A DNA stretch of 64,000 nt from Podarcis pityusensis (taxonomy: Eukaryota): assembly GCA_964106645.2 (NCBI GenBank), contig OZ067038.1; one strand, written 5' to 3'. Positions 13,016-26,925 of this stretch are shown here, piece after piece (positions within the stretch are counted from its first letter, which is position 1; every line of letters starts with the position of its first letter). The notes beneath the pieces are model-generated. The model was not told the origin of the DNA. It made no database searches and was given only the letters and a program-made list of their open reading frames with translations. The position numbers were made by a program, and so were the translations under genes.

Positions 13016-13892
13016 GACCCTCCTCTGTTCACCAAGACATACAAATACCCACAATTTTTCTTGCAACCTCATTCCCCTAAATTTGTCCAGTTATTCTTCT
13101 TTAGTGACAGGGTGGAAAACAGAGATGGACGGGGACAGACAATCCAACCCAGAGAAGCGGTTGTGATGGGTCCTTCTGTCTTGTGGCTGTGAGACAGACG
13201 CAGGGAAGCCTCCCCCTCTTTGGCTTTTGACAAGTTTGGCTTGTGGCCAGATGTTTTGGGCTAGCTTTTTAAATGGGAGAGCAAAGGTTCAAAAGAAGAC
13301 AGTATCAGGGTGTTGGTCTGGGGCACTTCAGGAGAAGGTAAAACTAATTAATAATAATGTGCTTAATATTTAAAAGGTTCTGTCAATCCCAAAGTGCCTG
13401 TTGAGATACTTCTAATTATTTCTGACATTTTAATAATCATACATGCCATAGGCACATAAAAGCATTTTGTTGCCTCCTAGATAGACAAATCCTGTGGTTG
13501 TGACTTCCATACAAATAACTAAAGCAAAACACAGATATACAACAAAGCTTCTTTTGGGGTGGGAATAACCAGAGATAAAGGGTCCGAAACTATGAAAACC
13601 AGGGCTAACCGCTTCTAGATACAGCAGCGTCACCCGTCTCCTTTTCGTTAAGCACGCCAGCTGCCTCTGCATACAATAACGCTGCCAATATGCAAGAGTC
13701 ATCCACTTTTGATGTTTCTAGTTTTTAATTGCAACCTTTACCCCCCCCTTTGCCCATTGCATTCTCATCAAAAAGTGGGGATATTTAACCCATTTCTCTT
13801 ACCAATATAACTCCTTTCCCCCCATCTCCATCAAATGAATGGGCAATCAGAGCTGAACATATCACATGAAGCCTTAACTGCTTCAGGCTTAC

Positions 13893-14063
13893 CTTAATGC
13901 CCACGTAGTCTGAAGGAATCATGGGTTTTGGCAGCGCAGGAAGGGTGGCCTCATGGACTTGCTCCCCAGTCATCACTTTAGTGGCCACATCAATGAAATC
14001 AAGACCAAGAGATTTGGACACAAATGGGAAAGAGCGTGAAGCTCGCAGGTTGCACTCTATCAC
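13893..14063 (-). CDS. CPS1: CPS1 internal exon (~exon 32), 171 bp
   Basis: [57 protein letters not shown]; cag| acceptor and |gtaag donor. Confidence 0.97.
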
Positions 14064-15934
14064 CTGAGGATGAGGCAGGAGAAGCACCTTTAAACCCCGC
14101 GTCCTCATTGTGAGGAAAGACAAATGCCTTCCTTCTAGTCTTAGCCACTGGCAACACTCAAAACGTTTCTGGAAGTTAGACCTCAATTTCCCACCATCTG
14201 AGAGTGAATAGAAATGACCACCTGCTACACTCAAAGCAGATATAGGCCATAGCAAGAGGAAAGGCCTAGTAGAGTCTCAACACTTTCTGAGATCACATAT
14301 TTTAAAGTCAGACAACCTGTATCCCCAAATGGTTAATCATTTCTTTCAGTTCATGTTTTGCAGGATGGGCAACATTTCCCATAACTGAACACTGCAGGCC
14401 CATAAAGCTAAATCGTCTTATTCTGCGGGCACTTTCAGGGGGAGCCACAAGAGAAGTGTATGTAAGAGTCAAGGGGGCAAGCGTGGCACATTTAAGCGTG
14501 ACAGGACACTACCAATGGGCAATAACGATACAGGAGGGATGGCGAAGGGGAAACAAAGGATCTGTGACCGAAACCATAAGGGGATTGTTTCACGATATGT
14601 TGGGCCTCATCACTTTTCACTCTGGATTCCCAGCTCACATCAGAGAAGCAGGATAGGCTTTCATGAGAGTAGCTATGCTCCTTTATTGTAAGTATATGAA
14701 AGAAAGTTGCATACAGGCTTAAAAACAGTGTGCTGTATTACAGCACATGCACAAAGAAAAAGGTGCCATGCTCCTACTGTTATAAGGAGGGAAGGGGACT
14801 TTTTTTTTAACCTTGTAGGATTTGGGGCCATCCATAGTGTGAGTCTTTGAGGAGCATGAACAGAGGCTGAATTGCCCTTCTAGCCTTCAGAGAAGACTTT
14901 GATAATAATTGTTTGGACTTGGAGGGGGGACAAACAATAAATTAAAAAAATGTATATAGCAGCTTCAGGGGCCCCTGTAGAAGATCAGGAGAGAACATTT
15001 GATCTTCTCCCTTGCTCTGCTCCACAGTGGTCCCAACTCAAGTCCCTTCCCTACAATGCTGTCTCCACTGGCCTCAAATGAGTTTTCCCTCCTGGTGCAA
15101 ATAGTAGCTTCCTGAAGGAGGGAGGGTTTTCAACAATGGACCAAGAAGGAAAGGGTTAAACTCCCACTCCCACCTCCTGCAGTCCAAATATTGCTCTCCA
15201 TCCCCCACTGCCATCTGCAATTAATATTTTTTTAAGCTGTTTATGCTAATTGCATTCATGCAATTAATGTCTGTCTTAGTTTTGTCGTGAAGTGCTGCAA
15301 TAGCTGGGCCTGAGGGCTAGGAGTAAGTTTAGGCACTAGATTTTTTTTACATGGGGGTGAGAGCTCTATGAAAATGTCGCCCTTTCAGTAAAACTGCTTT
15401 GAAGGCACACCATCTTCCTATGTTTTCTTCTATCCCTCTGCCTTCCGATTTGCTCTCTAGCTATCCATAATGACCGTAGAAAGCAAAATAGGTATGTATT
15501 GTAGAGTCAAACTTGTGCTGTGCTAATAGGATGAGTCTCATATAACATTCTTACAAATCTTATTTAGTGCTGATCTGATTTAAGCCCAGTGCTGAGCTAA
15601 CACACTTGCTGACAGACGGCAATTCTACAGAGCTTGCTTTATCCTCAAATTACTGCATTGTGTGGGCAGACAGAGTTCTTTTCTCAAAATTGTATCACAG
15701 GGCGCCTTATAAAGTGGTGAATGGCAGCGTATCAGTGGTACAAAGACCCATGTAGCAGCAAACAAGGCAGATATTATGTGCCTAGCACTGTCCCATGTGG
15801 TGCAGCAAACAACGGCAACAGCCTTGGTGATTTTTCGCCCGGTGGGTATCAAGAAAAAGAGGGCTTTTGAAGGACAGCTCCCTCTTTATTATGATGAGGA
15901 GCCACTTTGTACATTGAGCTAAAATGGGTCTCAC

Positions 15935-16024
15935 CAAGACTTCATTTCCCCGGATGAGAAACTGAACATTGAATGGTCCAGAGATAGCAAAGGCATCTGC
16001 AATCTTCCTGGTTGCAATTTTCAC
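15935..16024 (-). CDS. CPS1: CPS1 internal exon (~exon 31), 90 bp
   Basis: [30 protein letters not shown]; cag| acceptor and |gtgag donor. Confidence 0.97.
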
Positions 16025-16590
16025 CTGAGAGAACAGAAGAAAGCATGTATTTACTCAGACAACCTCCTGCCCCCAAAAGTAAAACAACTACCACCGCAGC
16101 AACAACCTGAGAACCTGGAATTGGAGAGCCACCGCTCCCTTGAACATCTTGCAGATAAGTGCTGGCTCTTCACTGTCAGAACTGCCCCAAATTACGCCTG
16201 AGAATGAGCTCCAAGTTGCGTTTCCAGGCTTGCTTCATCGCTCCCTAACTCCCCCTAACACAGCAAATAAAGGAAGCAGCCAGGTATGCAACATGGAGGA
16301 CCAGTAGGTCTCTCCATTACTTATGGATCAAGACGATGCAAATAATGTTTCTCTGAGTTAACTTGCTTGCCCTGAGGCAGAACACATATTGGATGCTGTA
16401 GTGCCTTGGCACAGAACATATACACTAGCCTTTTCCTCTCTTTTTAAAACAAACTCTGAGAGCTACCCAATTCCACTCTGGTGGCCATAATTGTTTTCAG
16501 TGTGTCTCTAAAGAGTTTATTAGTATAGTTAATAGTGTCCACGGTCTAATGCTGCCCGTTATCATTAAAACAAAACAAAACCATGCTGAC

Positions 16591-16698
16591 CTTCTCCAAG
16601 GCTCCTTGGCTAATCGTTTGTGCAGGGAACATCAACGTAGCATCTCCAGAGTGAACACCAGCATCTTCCACATGCTCAGAAACAGCATGACAGATAAC
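16591..16698 (-). CDS. CPS1: CPS1 internal exon (~exon 30), 108 bp
   Basis: [36 protein letters not shown] ([12 protein letters not shown] CPSase motif); cag| acceptor and |gtcag donor. Confidence 0.97.
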
Positions 16699-16861
16699 CT
16701 GCTCAAAAAAGAGCCAGTAAAAGTGTTAGTATGTAATAGCAAACTGTGGTAGCTAAAATGGCTGTGAGCCAGTGCTTCGTGGTTAAATAAGCTGTACAAT
16801 GTTTAAACCTTGTTATCTGCTAACGACTGTTATCCCCAAATATCTTCTCTCTTCACTTACC

Positions 16862-17723
16862 TTTTTTTTAAAAAAAATAATATTTATTAAAATTTCACAA
16901 GAAAAGGATCACATTAATAAAAAAATTAACAATAAAAAGAAAAATACACAATACAAAATATAAAAAAGAAAAAGAAAAAACAGTTAAAAACAATTCCGTC
17001 TTTTCATCACTTCTTTTACGTTTACTTGTTTCCCGGACCTCCTCATACCTCCCTCTTTTGTATTCCAATTCAGTTTGTTAGTCCAGCAATTCCTTTCCCT
17101 CCTTTTTAATCCTGATCTTAATCTTAATATATTATAACATTACATTTTTACCTATTAAAAACCAATTTTTCCAATTCTTTTAACCATTACTGCTGGAAAC
17201 CGCTTAACTTCAATCCGTCATCATTCTAACATTCATTAATTTTACAATATTTCTGTAAGTAGTCTTTAAATTTCTTCCAATCTTCTTCCACCGACTCTTC
17301 TCCCTGGTCTCGGATTCTGACAGTCATTTCCGCCAATTCCATATAGTCCATCATTTTCATCTGCCATTCCTCCAGTGTGGGTAAATCTTGTGTCTTCCAA
17401 TACTTTGCAATAAGTATTCTTGCTGCTGTTGTAGCATACATAAAGAAAGTTCTATCCTTCTTTAACACCGATTGGTCGACTATGCCCAGGAGAAAGGCCT
17501 CTGGTTTCTTCAAGAAGGTATATTTAAATACCTTTTTTAATTCATTATAAATCATCTCCCAGAAAACCTTAATCCTTGGGCACGTCCACCAAAGGTGAAA
17601 GAATGTACCTTCAGTTTCTTTACATTTCCAACATTTATTATTGGGCAGATGGTAGATTTTTGCAAGCTTGACTGGGGTTATGTACCACCTGTATATCATT
17701 TTCATAATATTCTCTCTTAGGGC
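16862..17723 (-). mobile_element. 5'-truncated L1-clade LINE (ORF2 C-terminus, 3'UTR, polyA)
   Basis: ORF 17226..17738 with a CWKC...HLWWTC zinc knuckle, near-identical to 57085-57584; polyA end at 16862; 20-bp TSD ATCTTCTCTCTTCACTTACC at 16842-16861 and 17724-17743. Confidence 0.93.
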
Positions 17724-18575
17724 ATCTTCTCTCTTCACTTACCAGCCTTCTTCTAATTTAACAGTCCAATTCTATACATTTCTACTCAAAAGCAAACCTG
17801 CTGAATTCCATAGGACTTACAGCCAGGTATGTATGCATAGTGCTGCAGCCTATTATCGTTCTAAATATTTTGTTTTACTTAGGTCCAAGCTATCTGAAAG
17901 ATTGTATTCCCTCATATGAACTTACCTGGAATGTTGGGTCCTCACTCCTGCCCTATTTTATGGGGTTTTTGTAAGGACTACAAAGTACCTCAAACACAGT
18001 ATACGAATGAATACTTACTATTTTTATTTACTTCTATTTGTTATGCCCGGCTATTTAACACTATGGTGATGCTTGCAGTGGATGCCGGGAATTAGAGATC
18101 TCTGTGCACAATTACTGTACCATTGCATAATGGAGAGCCATTCCAGATCCATCACAGAATTCAGCTAACATTTTTCAAACTCTCAGGGGCAATCTAAGAT
18201 ATCTTCTGCTATGTGTGAACTTATGAGTCTGCTATACTGTATCTTGTTTCAAGCTTTGGCCTGGTTGGAATGGGTCCTTGAATTCTGATAACACATTTTG
18301 CTTGCGTAGATGGAGAGAGGCATGTGCAGTTGTGCATAGTAACGAGCCTATTGTCCATGCATTGCTCCACCCACTTTTGCCGCTGGCCCCGCCCACCTCT
18401 GGCATGTGTTCCCTGAAAGGTTTCCCAGAAGAGAATGTTGCCCCCATTGTGAAACGGGCTCTGCATCCCTGATCTAGAACTTGGAATGAAACATTTGTTA
18501 AGGCTGCTTTAATATTCCGTCTGTAAATCCTGGGAAGTATTTTTTTAAAACATTATTTAAGGAAGAAGTTTGTAC

Positions 18576-18653
18576 CTTTCCATTCTTTGCAACAGCATCC
18601 ATTTCCACTTCCCGAGCTCCTTCAATGAATTTTGTCAGCACAACAGGGTGTTC
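18576..18653 (-). CDS. CPS1: CPS1 internal exon (~exon 29), 78 bp
   Basis: [26 protein letters not shown]; AG/GT boundaries. Confidence 0.96.
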
Positions 18654-20068
18654 CTATTGATATCACAAGGAAGAAAAAAATATACATCCTGTATGACTAT
18701 GATTTGGCACTGTGTTAGTAACTGGCATGAATTCTAGTATTTGAAATATTTCAGTAGAAAGAAAGGATGGGGGGGGGGAGTCATTGTAACAGAATCAGTC
18801 TTAGCAAGTTTGCAGCCCCCTCTTGGCTATGGAGTTGACATTTGGAAATGAACTGAAAATTGCCATAATGATTTGCAGCCTACATGGCATAAGAGCTGTG
18901 CTCTTTGAAAACCGAGCTTCTTCTGAGAATGTGAAAATCCAGTCCAGAAAATGGAAGCGTCTCTAAATGTAAAAACATGAGTTCTATCTCAGCTTAAGCA
19001 TTAGGAAACCCGCACTGATGGGGTGGGGTTAAAGTTGTTGCAATTGTTTGTAGCTGAGAAAAGTTTAATAAAGTTGCGGCCCTCCAACAAGCACATTCTG
19101 GGGAGTGTGAGTAATGGCGGCTGCTGCTCCTACATACGCAAAATAACTTAATATTACTCGGGAATCATGTGCAATTAAAGAACATTAGCAGGAAAGATTC
19201 ACAGACTGGCTTAAGAACTTTCATGTAATTTCAATATGTTGTCTGAAAACAAACTCTTTAATCTTCCTTTCTTCATGCCTCTTCTACAGCTTCATCCTAT
19301 ACTGTACATCACTACCAATGGCAGTTACAGGCGCAAGTCAGCAGAATGTATAATTGTTTAATACTGCACATAACGATTGCTCAGGATCTGTTTCCTGGGC
19401 ATTGCCGTATGCTATTAATTCTCCTTAAAATTACAGACTACACTTTTCTTACTCCAACTGAACATCACCCGGCACACCAATCAAACTTATTTCCCATGAA
19501 AAGTACAAAATAAAAAAACAAACAACACCATTTTGTCCTGGATCTTCTGAAATACTTTCACTGGAAAATTGTGACTATCATCATTCACACTGCAATCTCT
19601 TTAGGCCAATAATGACAGCAGGTTAATGCTAAATGGAATGGTGCTCTCCCTTGGGCCAAAGGAAACACAGGCGGCACAAAGCAATGGAGTTAAAAGTTTT
19701 ATTTATTTTCATTTTTTAAAAAACGAAGCCATGAAATTCAGTTAACTAATAGGGGTATAAGCAAAGTTCACCTGATCTGGAAATTTAATAATAATGATGA
19801 TGATGAAGACGAAGAAGACAATATGCATCCATGCGCACACACACTACTACTACAAATTTACAAATGCCTTTATCTTTTACTGTTACTATTAGAAATCAAA
19901 GGCACCTTTGTAAGAAGGAATGTTCCAGGTATCAAACAAGTTCCCATATTAAGAGTGTAGGAACATGCAAGACTTCATGTGGATAAGCAAATTTAATCAT
20001 ATTCAAGTTTCCTAAAACAAATAAGAATCAAATGAGTGGAGGGAAATGAGGACAGTGTTGTATAATAC

Positions 20069-20144
20069 CTGTGAAACTCTGGTTGCCTCTGCCAAGAACT
20101 TTTTCATCTCTTTTTCTGTATGGACTACATTCATTGCTGAGCCA
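20069..20144 (-). CDS. CPS1: CPS1 internal exon (~exon 28), 76 bp
   Basis: (S)GSAMNVVHTEKEMKKFLAEATRVSQ; AG/GT boundaries; phase consistent. Confidence 0.96.
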
Positions 20145-21652
20145 CTATGAAGAAAGAGGGTAGGGAAAGGTTAAAGATACTGTCATATCACACTTTTCAT
20201 CTTCGGAAACTGTCTTCCATTCAACTCATCCTCCCAGTTCTTTCTTAAGCTGAAAGGATAAAGCAACTCTTCACCAAAGGTAAACAATATTGAACTTACC
20301 CCTAAAAAGGTGAGTGCCCCCAAGAATATACCAAATCAGGGGGAAGGATTATTGACTAAAGATTGTGTAAAAAGGCTGGTTCTCCCCAAGATCTACTCTT
20401 GCTCAATCATTTGCAATGGTTTCACAGGGAACTTGGCATTGCTGAAAACAACGGTGTGTGAAATGCTAATTGTGGGACAATAAGTTTTCAGCTTGGTTTG
20501 TCATCCATATTTGATCTCCTTTCATAGTGGGTTATTTCACACAAAGCCCAAACAATTCCTTTTTGGAATCACAAGAATCATGTCAGAGAAAGTTGAGAAT
20601 GAGTGGACCTATTGTTTGTCATATCAAAATACAATGCCAACACAAACGTTCACAGTTTTCTCAAGGTTTGTTATTTCTGAATTTGGGGTTTGGTCAGCTA
20701 TAATATCTGTGAGATACAGTAGTTTAGGTACACTGGAAAAAACAGGTAGGTGGGGATTCACCCTCCACCCCACCCCACCCCCCACAAGCCATGTATGCAT
20801 TCTCTTTACGTAGTTGCTTTGCTATTTTCTAAAATCCTCAACATGGTGATTTTCAGCTCATGGTTTGCACTCTTGCCACATGGAGCGCCTTCAGAAGAAG
20901 AATATTTTTTATGGAAAAAGTCATCATGAAATTCCACCTTGAAAATATCCTTGTAAAGAGGATATGAACTTCCTGTTCAGAAACAAGGATGAAGTCATTA
21001 TTCGAATTCATGCTCTATCCTGAGTTATCTAGCTAAAGCATACAATCTCTATGACATTGTATGGTATTCTCACACATTGCCTGGGGCCAACCCAGCAATA
21101 TTTTTGATTTTCACAAACCCATAGATCTTGACGTTTGGCCTGAAAGAGACAGCCCAGGTTTGTTTTAGTTTGTTTAAAATATGGTTCAATGCAATGTGTG
21201 AACAAGGTCATCAACTAAGAGTCTGTCTAGGTGAACTGTTTATAGGGGATGCTCTTGTCTTTTAAAAAATTTCTTCCACACCATCAGAATGATTCCTACT
21301 CTTTTTGAAGAATGAGACCAGATTTTGTTATCTGCACCATCTAAGGATCTTCTGCTCCTGAAACATCACAAAACCTCCCTTCACTGTTTTGGTATTCAAC
21401 CAGTAAAAATCTGACTTATGTGCAGGTGCCTTTTCTTTAAAATAATTTTACCCTTGATATTCCAGAATTCTCTAATTGTTCTGCATATAAAAATTGGGTT
21501 ATGAGTGTATGTATGTAGTAGTTGTTGTTGTTTTTTGTTGTTGTTGTTTTTAACCATTTCACCCTCGGCATTCTGAAATTCTTTAAATTCTTCTGTCAGT
21601 AAAAATCTGACTCTTGCAATTGCCCACCTCCTGCTTAACCCCAGAATTTCAA

Positions 21653-21746
21653 AGAATCATAGAGTTGGAAGGGACCACGAGGACCATTGCTTGAACCCAC
21701 GATCCCGAAATTAAGTGTCTCATGCTCCACCAACTGAGATATTCCC
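21653..21746 (-). mobile_element. Short SINE: tRNA-Lys(CTT)-like head joined to a CR1-type 3' tail
   Basis: - strand GGGAATATCTCAGTTGGTGGAGCATGAGACACTTAATTTCGGGATCGTGGGTTCAAG resembles tRNA-Lys-CTT and is followed by GGTCCCTTCCAACTCTATGATTCT (CR1 3' end). Confidence 0.7.
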
Positions 21747-21754
21747 TCAGGGTG

Positions 21755-21755
<1 letters not shown>

Positions 21756-21788
<33 letters not shown>

Positions 21789-21895
21789 TCTACCCCACCC
21801 ATCTGGTTGGATTTCCCCAGCCACTCTGGGTGGCTTTCAACAGAAGGTTAAAAAATACATTAAAACATCAATCGTTAAAAACTTCCCTAAACAGC
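21756..21895 (-). mobile_element. L2-type 3' end with (TTA)n tail
   Basis: Reverse complement of the same 3' stem-loop motif as 23194-23350, plus a (TAA)n run at ~21757-21789. Confidence 0.7.
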
Positions 21896-23193
21896 TTCAA
21901 TACCGCCTGATCTCTCGTCTGAAGTGACTCAGAAGTGGCACAAAACAGGTGTTGCTCAGGCACCATATGAAACAGCGGGAATACACCCAATACCTTCCAC
22001 ACTACTGAACATATAGCAGGATCATACTGAATCTTCCTTGAAATATTGCAGTCTGGTGCCTATGTTATTCTGGAATACCAGCAGAAGAAAACACCACCAC
22101 CACTGTGTGCAGGAAAATCCAGAAAGACAGAAGTGCTGCAAAATCCCTGTCCAGAAGAGCCCAAAGATGGCAAATGCCTAACCTATTTGTGAAACACCTT
22201 TTCCCCTTAAGAGAAATTGGTGTTTGAAATGCTTTTGGAATTCAATACAGTTTTGTCTATGTAGTTGGTACGGTTGCTCTTTCATACCAAAATTTTAACC
22301 ACTATGCTGTATCAGTTCTTGTACAAAACTTCATATTATGGGATCTCTAGTTATTTTTTATTAAACATTCTACTGGAACTAATGAGGATGAAACCGTTAA
22401 AGCTATGTGGAAGTTATTCCATGTGCGAATTACCTTCAAAAGAAGAGTAAACCTCCTTGTGCAAGATGTCCCTGTCTTTCTAAACAAAAGATCAGCACTT
22501 CAGAACAGATCAAAGAACTCCTTCTAGGCTTGAGAATCCTGTGGATTGCTTTAAAAAACCCATTCAAAAGAGGTTTTAATTGAATTATTTAACGCTAACT
22601 TACAGTTAATCAGATCATGAAGGCCTTTTGCACTTATCAGAATCCCGCCCCCTGCTTAAACATTCTTTCCGCTTCCTTCAGTGTCAGGGTTGCATCCCTC
22701 AGATGGATAGTTTGCCTCTCTTTTATTATCAGAAGGCTTCAACTCAATTTCCATCTGCACTTGCGAACTGTGCTCAGCAAACTCTATTTCTCTTCCTACC
22801 CTCTCATCTGTGAATAAGCACTTTGCCACATTAAGCTTTGTTGAGGGAGTATTTAGAACATCTCTGCGCACTGATTCAGCTCATTCCCAGTTCTCCTTGT
22901 TTTGTTTTGTCAGCCATATCCTGAAAGAAAAGCAGCTGCCACGGCACATACTTGTCATAAAACTGTTACAGGTGAAAGAGAATTTCATATTGAAACTGTA
23001 GATATGGTCAACACAACACAGGTATGCCTATATTTCTCAATAATTGAAAAACAAGGCTGGCAAGATGTGGGTTGTGACATCCTTAGGGTAATGTACCATT
23101 ACTCAGAGGGCTCCTCTCCCCATCTTATGATTGAATAATATGCAACAATAAATGTTAGAAATTTGAACAATGCTGCCATTTAATGGTACTACC

Positions 23194-23350
23194 AGACTTT
23201 TAGACATCTGAAGGCAGCCCTGTTTAGGGAAGCTTTTAATGTTTAGTAGATTATTGTATTTTAATATTGTGTTGGAAGCTGCCCAGAGTGGCTGGGGTAA
23301 CCCAGCCAGATGGGCGGGGTATAAATAAATAATAAATTATGATGATGATG
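23194..23350 (+). mobile_element. L2-type 3' end fragment
   Basis: FRHLKAALFREAF-like end; GCCCAGAGTGGCTGGGGTAACCCAGCCAGATGGGC stem-loop; ATAAATAAAT tail. Confidence 0.7.
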
Positions 23351-25693
23351 ATAAGTTCCAGGAGGCCAACAGCCTCTCAGGCATGCCACTGGGCTACCGA
23401 CAGACCAGGTCCACTTGCGGGGGGCCAACCGCTAGCTTTGCTCACTGCTGCCAGGTTTCCAACTTACCTTCAATTAAGCAAAACTAGTCTATTTGTAAGG
23501 AGGGTTGTCACCACCCTTTGGAGCCTTAGTCTTGTAATTGTTGTTTCACATGGTATATGCCTTACATTTTGTTATACAAGAAATTCTCTACTGATCACTA
23601 TAGGAGTGGAAAATACGTGGGATCCAACTCCAAAAGGACAAATTCTATTTATCAAACCAGTGTTGGATGTTAGAGATAGGGACTATGGGGTGCAGACTTT
23701 CCTGCTGTGGGCAGCATGTCAAATGCGACAGTGCTAACAGGACGGCTCCACCAGAAAGAAAGCAGACACAAACTTTGCTACAGTTTTAGCACATGCTGAA
23801 AACCTTGGAACTGATTCTGTTCAACTTCAGCCCAGCTCAAACCCAAGATCTGCTGGGATGAATTTGGGCCTATGCCATCGTAACTCCATCCTAGTTCTGC
23901 CAGGAGTTACACATGACTTAAACTGACGTAAGTTTCACCAGCTTCCCAGAATTAGGATTGCTAATCCTGTTTTTAACTACATTGTATGTTAAGATTACTG
24001 TACTACTTCTATTCTTGTACACTTGCCAGAAGCATTTACATGACAGGTGGTGTATAAAATTTTTAAAATAAAAAATAAAGTGAATAAAATGGCTAGATCT
24101 ACTTCACCACTTCTAGAGTAAATGAGAGAAACAAGGGTTATTATTATTTTTCTTTTTAGCAAGGATGACATTCTGTGATTTACTAAGGGCATTCAACTGA
24201 CTTTTATATTGCCCAGTACATGTCAGAATGTTTTGACCCATCTTCCTGGACCTTTTATAATCTTAAGATATTACCAGTAGCTGTCAATTTATCTACATTT
24301 CTGACAGTATAGCATGCATACACACACATTAGGTGACATCTTTTCTTCTTTTGAAGAGGGTATACATGGGGAGGTCCCAACACATTTGTGTGGGCAGCAT
24401 TTGCCAAGATATTGTTCCCAATACTTCCATGTGACTTTTTAGACCTGCAGGACAGTGACTGTACATACACCTCATAGCTGGTACTGAAGCCGTCAAAGAT
24501 GGATGCATGAAGGATCAACTGAGCTGGTAAACAGACATATCAGCTATCAGCATCTGAGTGGGCATTATCCACAGAAAACAATAGTATCACCACTACTATC
24601 TTCTAGGATGTGAAGCGCCAAAACCCAATTGTCCAGTTAAGAAATCACTTTTTCATGGTGTTGGAGAAAGAGACTTTTCAGACTGTTTACAGGATCCAAT
24701 TTGATTGTGTTTTTCAGCTTTGTAAAAGCCCATAACAGATCTTAAGGCAGGAGCACTCCTGCCATCATCAGGTGCTCCTGAGCATCAGCAGCGGTCATCA
24801 TTGTCTCTGCTCAGACGGATCTGATGCAAGCAAGCAGGAAGCAAGACAGCGAAGGGAAATAATTGCTGCCCAGACTAGAGTGGCTTCCAAGAAGTAAGCC
24901 TTAGGAGGAGATGGCTGAAAAGTATGTAGGCTGAGGAGCAGGATAACCCAGGGTACTCTGGGAAGGGAAGAAAATACGTGAAGATGGTCACTCGCTTGGA
25001 TGGCTTTGGAAAAAAGAGGATGGGGTAAATTCATGGAAACTCAGTCAATCCACCCGTGAGCCAGGACTGCCAAATGAAACATTCATATCAGTTGCTGATG
25101 TGGGGCAGGGGAGCTGGAGAGAAACAGAAGCAACAGAGAGTGAATGTTGCCTTCATGCCCTGCTTGGGACTTCTCCAAAGCAGGTGGTAGGTCACTGCTG
25201 TGAAAAGGAGGATGAGCTAGATAGCTTCTTGGTCTGACCCACCAGGACTCCTCAGAGAATTCGCCCAGGTGCTTTGAGTGAAGGGACATGGGCAATATGG
25301 GAATGGGAAAGTCAAGGTTAACCGCCAGCTGCTACGTAGGGGACCCCAGGTTAGGAGACTCTTCTGATTTGGAAACTGGGGAGCAAATAGCCCTAACATT
25401 GGTTTGGTGCAGCCGGTCCAAAGTCAATACTCTGTAATCAATGAGATGCTGACAAATGGCAAAATGACTAAGAACCCAACACTGAAGTTCTTAATACAAT
25501 ATTAAGTTGAGAGAGCCTGCTGTTGGCTCAGATATATGAGTGCCAGGCAGGTCTAATACTTTTTCATTATCTCAGTACCTATCAGACCTGCAGCTTCTTG
25601 GTCTAAAAACTGAGCAGCTTCCATAGGTATCCTGATAGTGCAAACAATGTAGGAAGTTCAATTTACATTGTCAAGGGCGGGGGAGAGGCTTAC

Positions 25694-25761
25694 CTCAAAA
25701 CATAGGAAGGTCTCAGCAAGCATGGGTAGCCAACCAAGTTAGCAAATTCAACAGCATTCTC
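25694..25761 (-). CDS. CPS1: CPS1 internal exon (~exon 27), 68 bp
   Basis: ENAVEFANLVGYPCLLRPSYVL(S), the ATP-grasp motif YP.LLRPSYVL; |gtaag donor. Confidence 0.96.
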
Positions 25762-26925
25762 CTAAAAAGTTGGGAAACGATTTTTTTTTTATATAAGATA
25801 CTGAGAATGCCTAGACATGTTTGTACAAGTAAAATCTGGATACATTCTCAGTCTTTGGTGTACCTGAATAAGCTAATCTGTATATGGAGGAGCGGAAGAG
25901 TGTTCTCAAAGGTTTTTAGAAGAGAGAAGGAACCTAACCACCCTGAATGGTGATATCACACCCCAGGTCACAAAAGAAGCCTTGCAAATGAAAGTGGGGT
26001 GCTTAACATTTTGGGTGTGTTTGAACCATCATTCTGCATAATGCAAACAACCCTAGGAGGCCAAGCTCAGCAGCAGGCGGCAGGGTTGGGCTAGGCCACT
26101 TATCTGACCTCTCTCTGGCTGCCACTGCTGCATATCAGGACAAGGAGGGGGAAGATGAGGTGGCGATGAGGTTGGCACAGTGCAGGTGCCACAGCAGAGC
26201 CCACCTGGTGCTTCTGCCAAGGTCTTTGTACCACACCGACCCCATCCTTCCCCACTCCACCCTGGTATGCAGGGAGGCCAGGTGCGGCCCCCACCTCTCT
26301 GTCTGCTCCTGCCAAAGCTTGAGGTCTTGTGCCTCCTTCCACTCTTCCATGTGGATACTTCTGCTTAACTATGTTTGTCATTTCAGCCAAAACATGGTTA
26401 ACAATAGCTATGGCTTGTTTGAAACAAGTCAGCTTGTTTCAAACAAACTACAATTCATGCTAGTTTCTCAGGCCAGATGAAATAATGTTGTGGGTAATTA
26501 AAAATGGTCACACAGAAAGAGGGGAGGGGAGGGGGAGCATGGAAGGTTCTCCTGGGCTCTCTGGACAGGCATGGCAGAGCAAAAATAACCCCCCACTCAA
26601 AATTCCTGGACACCAAAAGTGCTTCCTAAAAAATTCAATGCCTCAGAAACTGACCTGTAACTGTAACTGACTAAAAAAATGAACAGAACACAGTGTGATA
26701 GGAGGAAACTCATCTTCAAAGCCCTCACATGTATAGCAAGGAATAAACCCAAGGAAAGGATTACGACCCAGCTAGGGCACAAGCTTGCTTGCTCCTACAT
26801 CCATGCTGCAGGATGAATGCACCCTTCTAAATACGAACAAAGAAAATTAATTGTGAACAGTGGCTTAAGCCTTCAACTGCTGTTCCTTAAATTACTAAAC
26901 ACAGATTAGATGTATGTCTACATAC

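Noticed and set aside
21690-21746. Possible tRNA-Lys gene
   Set aside because: Acceptor stem is missing, arms are mutated, and it is fused to a CR1-type tail; this is a SINE head.
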